Source of the DNA: Octopus sinensis
Lineage: Eukaryota
Assembly (NCBI RefSeq): GCF_006345805.1
Contig: NC_043012.1
Coordinates: 14,446,001-14,510,000, forward strand
Reading direction: 5' to 3'
DNA: 64,000 bases
The position numbers and the translations under genes were made by a program. Of this stretch, positions 61,713-64,000 are shown one piece after another; the first letter of the stretch is position 1, and every line of letters starts with the position of its first letter. Below the pieces are notes generated by a model. That model made no database searches. It was not told the origin of the DNA and saw only the letters and a list, made by a program, of their open reading frames with translations.

Positions 61713-62844
61713 TATTGTATATGTAGTACGTATTTTTTCTTTTAGTTCGGTGGCACTACAGTATCTGCAGTAGCAGCCTCATCATCATTCACCACAACCT
61801 TGTCGTCGTTATCATCACCTACCCCGTCAACTCAGCAAGAATGAAACTGAATTTGTGGGGTGATGATTAAAAAGAAATATCAATCAAATATAATATCGGT
61901 AATATTAAATAATAGTTTGACTTCTCTGAATTACAATTTACTTTCTAGCTGAAATTAATTAAAATGCTATACCTTGTCCTTTCCTGCCAACCAATATCCT
62001 TGAGTTTCTTATATCAAATATAGTTTGTTTACTGAATACGACACTAACACAAAATCTTGTCTGATATTTGGTGAATAAAGAAGCCCACATATTTGTACGT
62101 GATAGAATGACAGAATGTGATAGCATCAACACAAGTTCTCTCTCTCTCTTTCTCTCAATACGCGTGTTTCAGTTAAAGATGATGCTGAGACGTGTCCAAA
62201 AATTCAAATTTGGCAATACTAAACTGTACTTCCTGCGTTGTATGCAGAATAACATTTCATCTAATATCTCTTTTATTATGTCCTACGGCGTACAGGCAGA
62301 AATAGATTCTCGTTTCTAGTTTACATGTAGCCAATAAGTTTTAAAATGTTCGAAAGAATGGCAAAAGGAAAGTAGTAAAGAAGATTCTATCCGAAGAAAT
62401 ATTAGCAATACGCAAAGTTAATTCTCTCATAAATCATGACTAGGACCTAGTAAGACTGATTTCCAAGTTATTTAATAAATATTTGACACTTCTCCCTTCT
62501 AATGTGGTTAATCTATATGAACTATAGCTAAGCTACCTTATTTCATTCAAAGTGTAATGAAAAGAAACTAGTAGGCAATATGGATCCTGCTAGGCAAATT
62601 TTTGCTTCAAATTTTGGCACAAGTTCGGGGTACTTCATCCGAAAGGATGAAAAGCAAAGACAACCTCGGTGGAATTTGAACTCAGAGCGTATAAGTATTT
62701 TGCCCGGTCTGCTAACAACTCTGCCAGCTCATCGCATTACTGCTAAACTAGAAAGAGCAGCCAAACTCAAACCGCTAATAGTTGTAATTCTGAAATTGAA
62801 AGAGAGAATTTTTTCGAGAATTTTTTGCTACCCTTATATTTATT

Positions 62845-62913
62845 AATATATATATATATATATTTGTATATATATGTAAATATGTGTGTATATATATATA
62901 TATATATATGTAG

Positions 62914-62944
<31 letters not shown>

Positions 62945-62960
62945 ATATATATATATATAG

Positions 62961-62993
<33 letters not shown>

Positions 62994-63066
62994 GTATATA
63001 TATACATATATATGTATATGTATATATATATGTATATATATGTATATATATATGTATATATATATG

Positions 63067-63101
<35 letters not shown>

Positions 63102-63165
63102 GTATATATATATATGTATATATATATATGTATATATAGGTGTATGTATATATATAAGTATATAA
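62845..63165. repeat. (TA/TATG)n microsatellite
   Basis: Directly visible. Confidence 0.95.
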
Positions 63166-64000
63166 GTAAATAAGAAATGGAAATCAAAACAATAAATTGA
63201 ATAATTATAATTCAATTTAAATTAAATATTCTATACAAAAAATGACACATCTCATAAATTACAGCTGTTCCCGCTTCATTAATAAAACGAAGTTTTTCAA
63301 GAATAATCAAATCCGTTTAAATATGTAATGATGCTTCATTAGATAAAATATCTGCTTAAATATATGTGTATGCATATATATGTGTGTATGTGTGTGTGTG
63401 CGTTGCTTGTATTGTTTTCCATTTCTTTCTTTCGTTGTTCGCAAAAATAGTTCGTATTCCATGTTTTCGTATTTCATATTGTTTACGTCCTGCGACGTCC
63501 TGTGCCCATATATATATATTATTCATATTATTTATATTATTTATATTATTATATGATTGAACGACACGCATCCATTTCCAAGTAAGCTTTATCTTAATAA
63601 TTTTGATGCGACCCTTATTGTTCTTTTTCTATCTCTTTCTATTTTTCTTTCTTTTTCGCTCTCCCCTTCTGTTTTCTTTCTCTAATTCTTTTCCTCTCCG
63701 CTTCGCTGTTCTCTGTCTGTCCTTCTCTCTCCCTCACTCTTCATCCTTTGCTCTCTCGTTGCTGGCACGTGACCATTGGCCATCTTTCTTTTTCTAACTT
63801 GAGTTTCTTTCCTTCGTTCCGATCAGCTGCAAGGATAAGACGCATTCTTATATTTTTCCGTTCAGAGCTTGTTCTTCCAGCGTTCGCCAGCTCACCTTGT
63901 TTAGGCTTAGCAGGCCCTTCCTGCTTGTTTTTACTGTCCTGTTTTTGTTACCAGCTTTGACCCTCCGCAAAAATTCCAAATTTTATTTATTTTGCTTTTC

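Noticed and set aside
62173-62260. Candidate next cadherin exon after tttcAG
   Set aside because: No frame gives cadherin motifs; the next exon is probably beyond the window.
63605-63960. Purine/pyrimidine-skewed block possibly from a retroelement ORF (minus strand)
   Set aside because: Multiple stops and no recognisable domain; left unassigned.

Overview
This is an AT-rich animal genomic window dense in microsatellites and transposons. The SINE, mariner, R4 and Penelope repertoire suggests an octopus or other coleoid cephalopod (inference). The window lies largely within the introns of one + strand, multi-exon cadherin gene (CDH23/Cad87A-like repeats). Eight internal exons (4499-4583, 14846-15058, 17592-17699, 19616-19744, 32407-32580, 39567-39819, 51407-51688, 56257-56510) join in phase into about 499 codons of tandem EC repeats; start and stop codons are outside the window or not seen. 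The introns hold many tRNA-derived SINEs of at least three families, mariner and DD37D relics, MITEs, and RTE, R4/Dong and Penelope fragments. Main findings: (1) a complete 2.27-kb retroelement with a 15-bp TSD and an Inr+DPE promoter that encodes only an ORF1/Gag-like RRM+CCHC protein and no RT, with two further diverged relatives; (2) hammerhead-ribozyme cassettes of Penelope type; (3) a concerted loss of Ca2+-binding motifs at one cadherin linker; (4) a GGATC-TIR MITE family with 8-bp TSDs and telomere-like internal repeats, with an inverted pair next to cadherin exons. Most ORFs in the supplied track are microsatellite translations.
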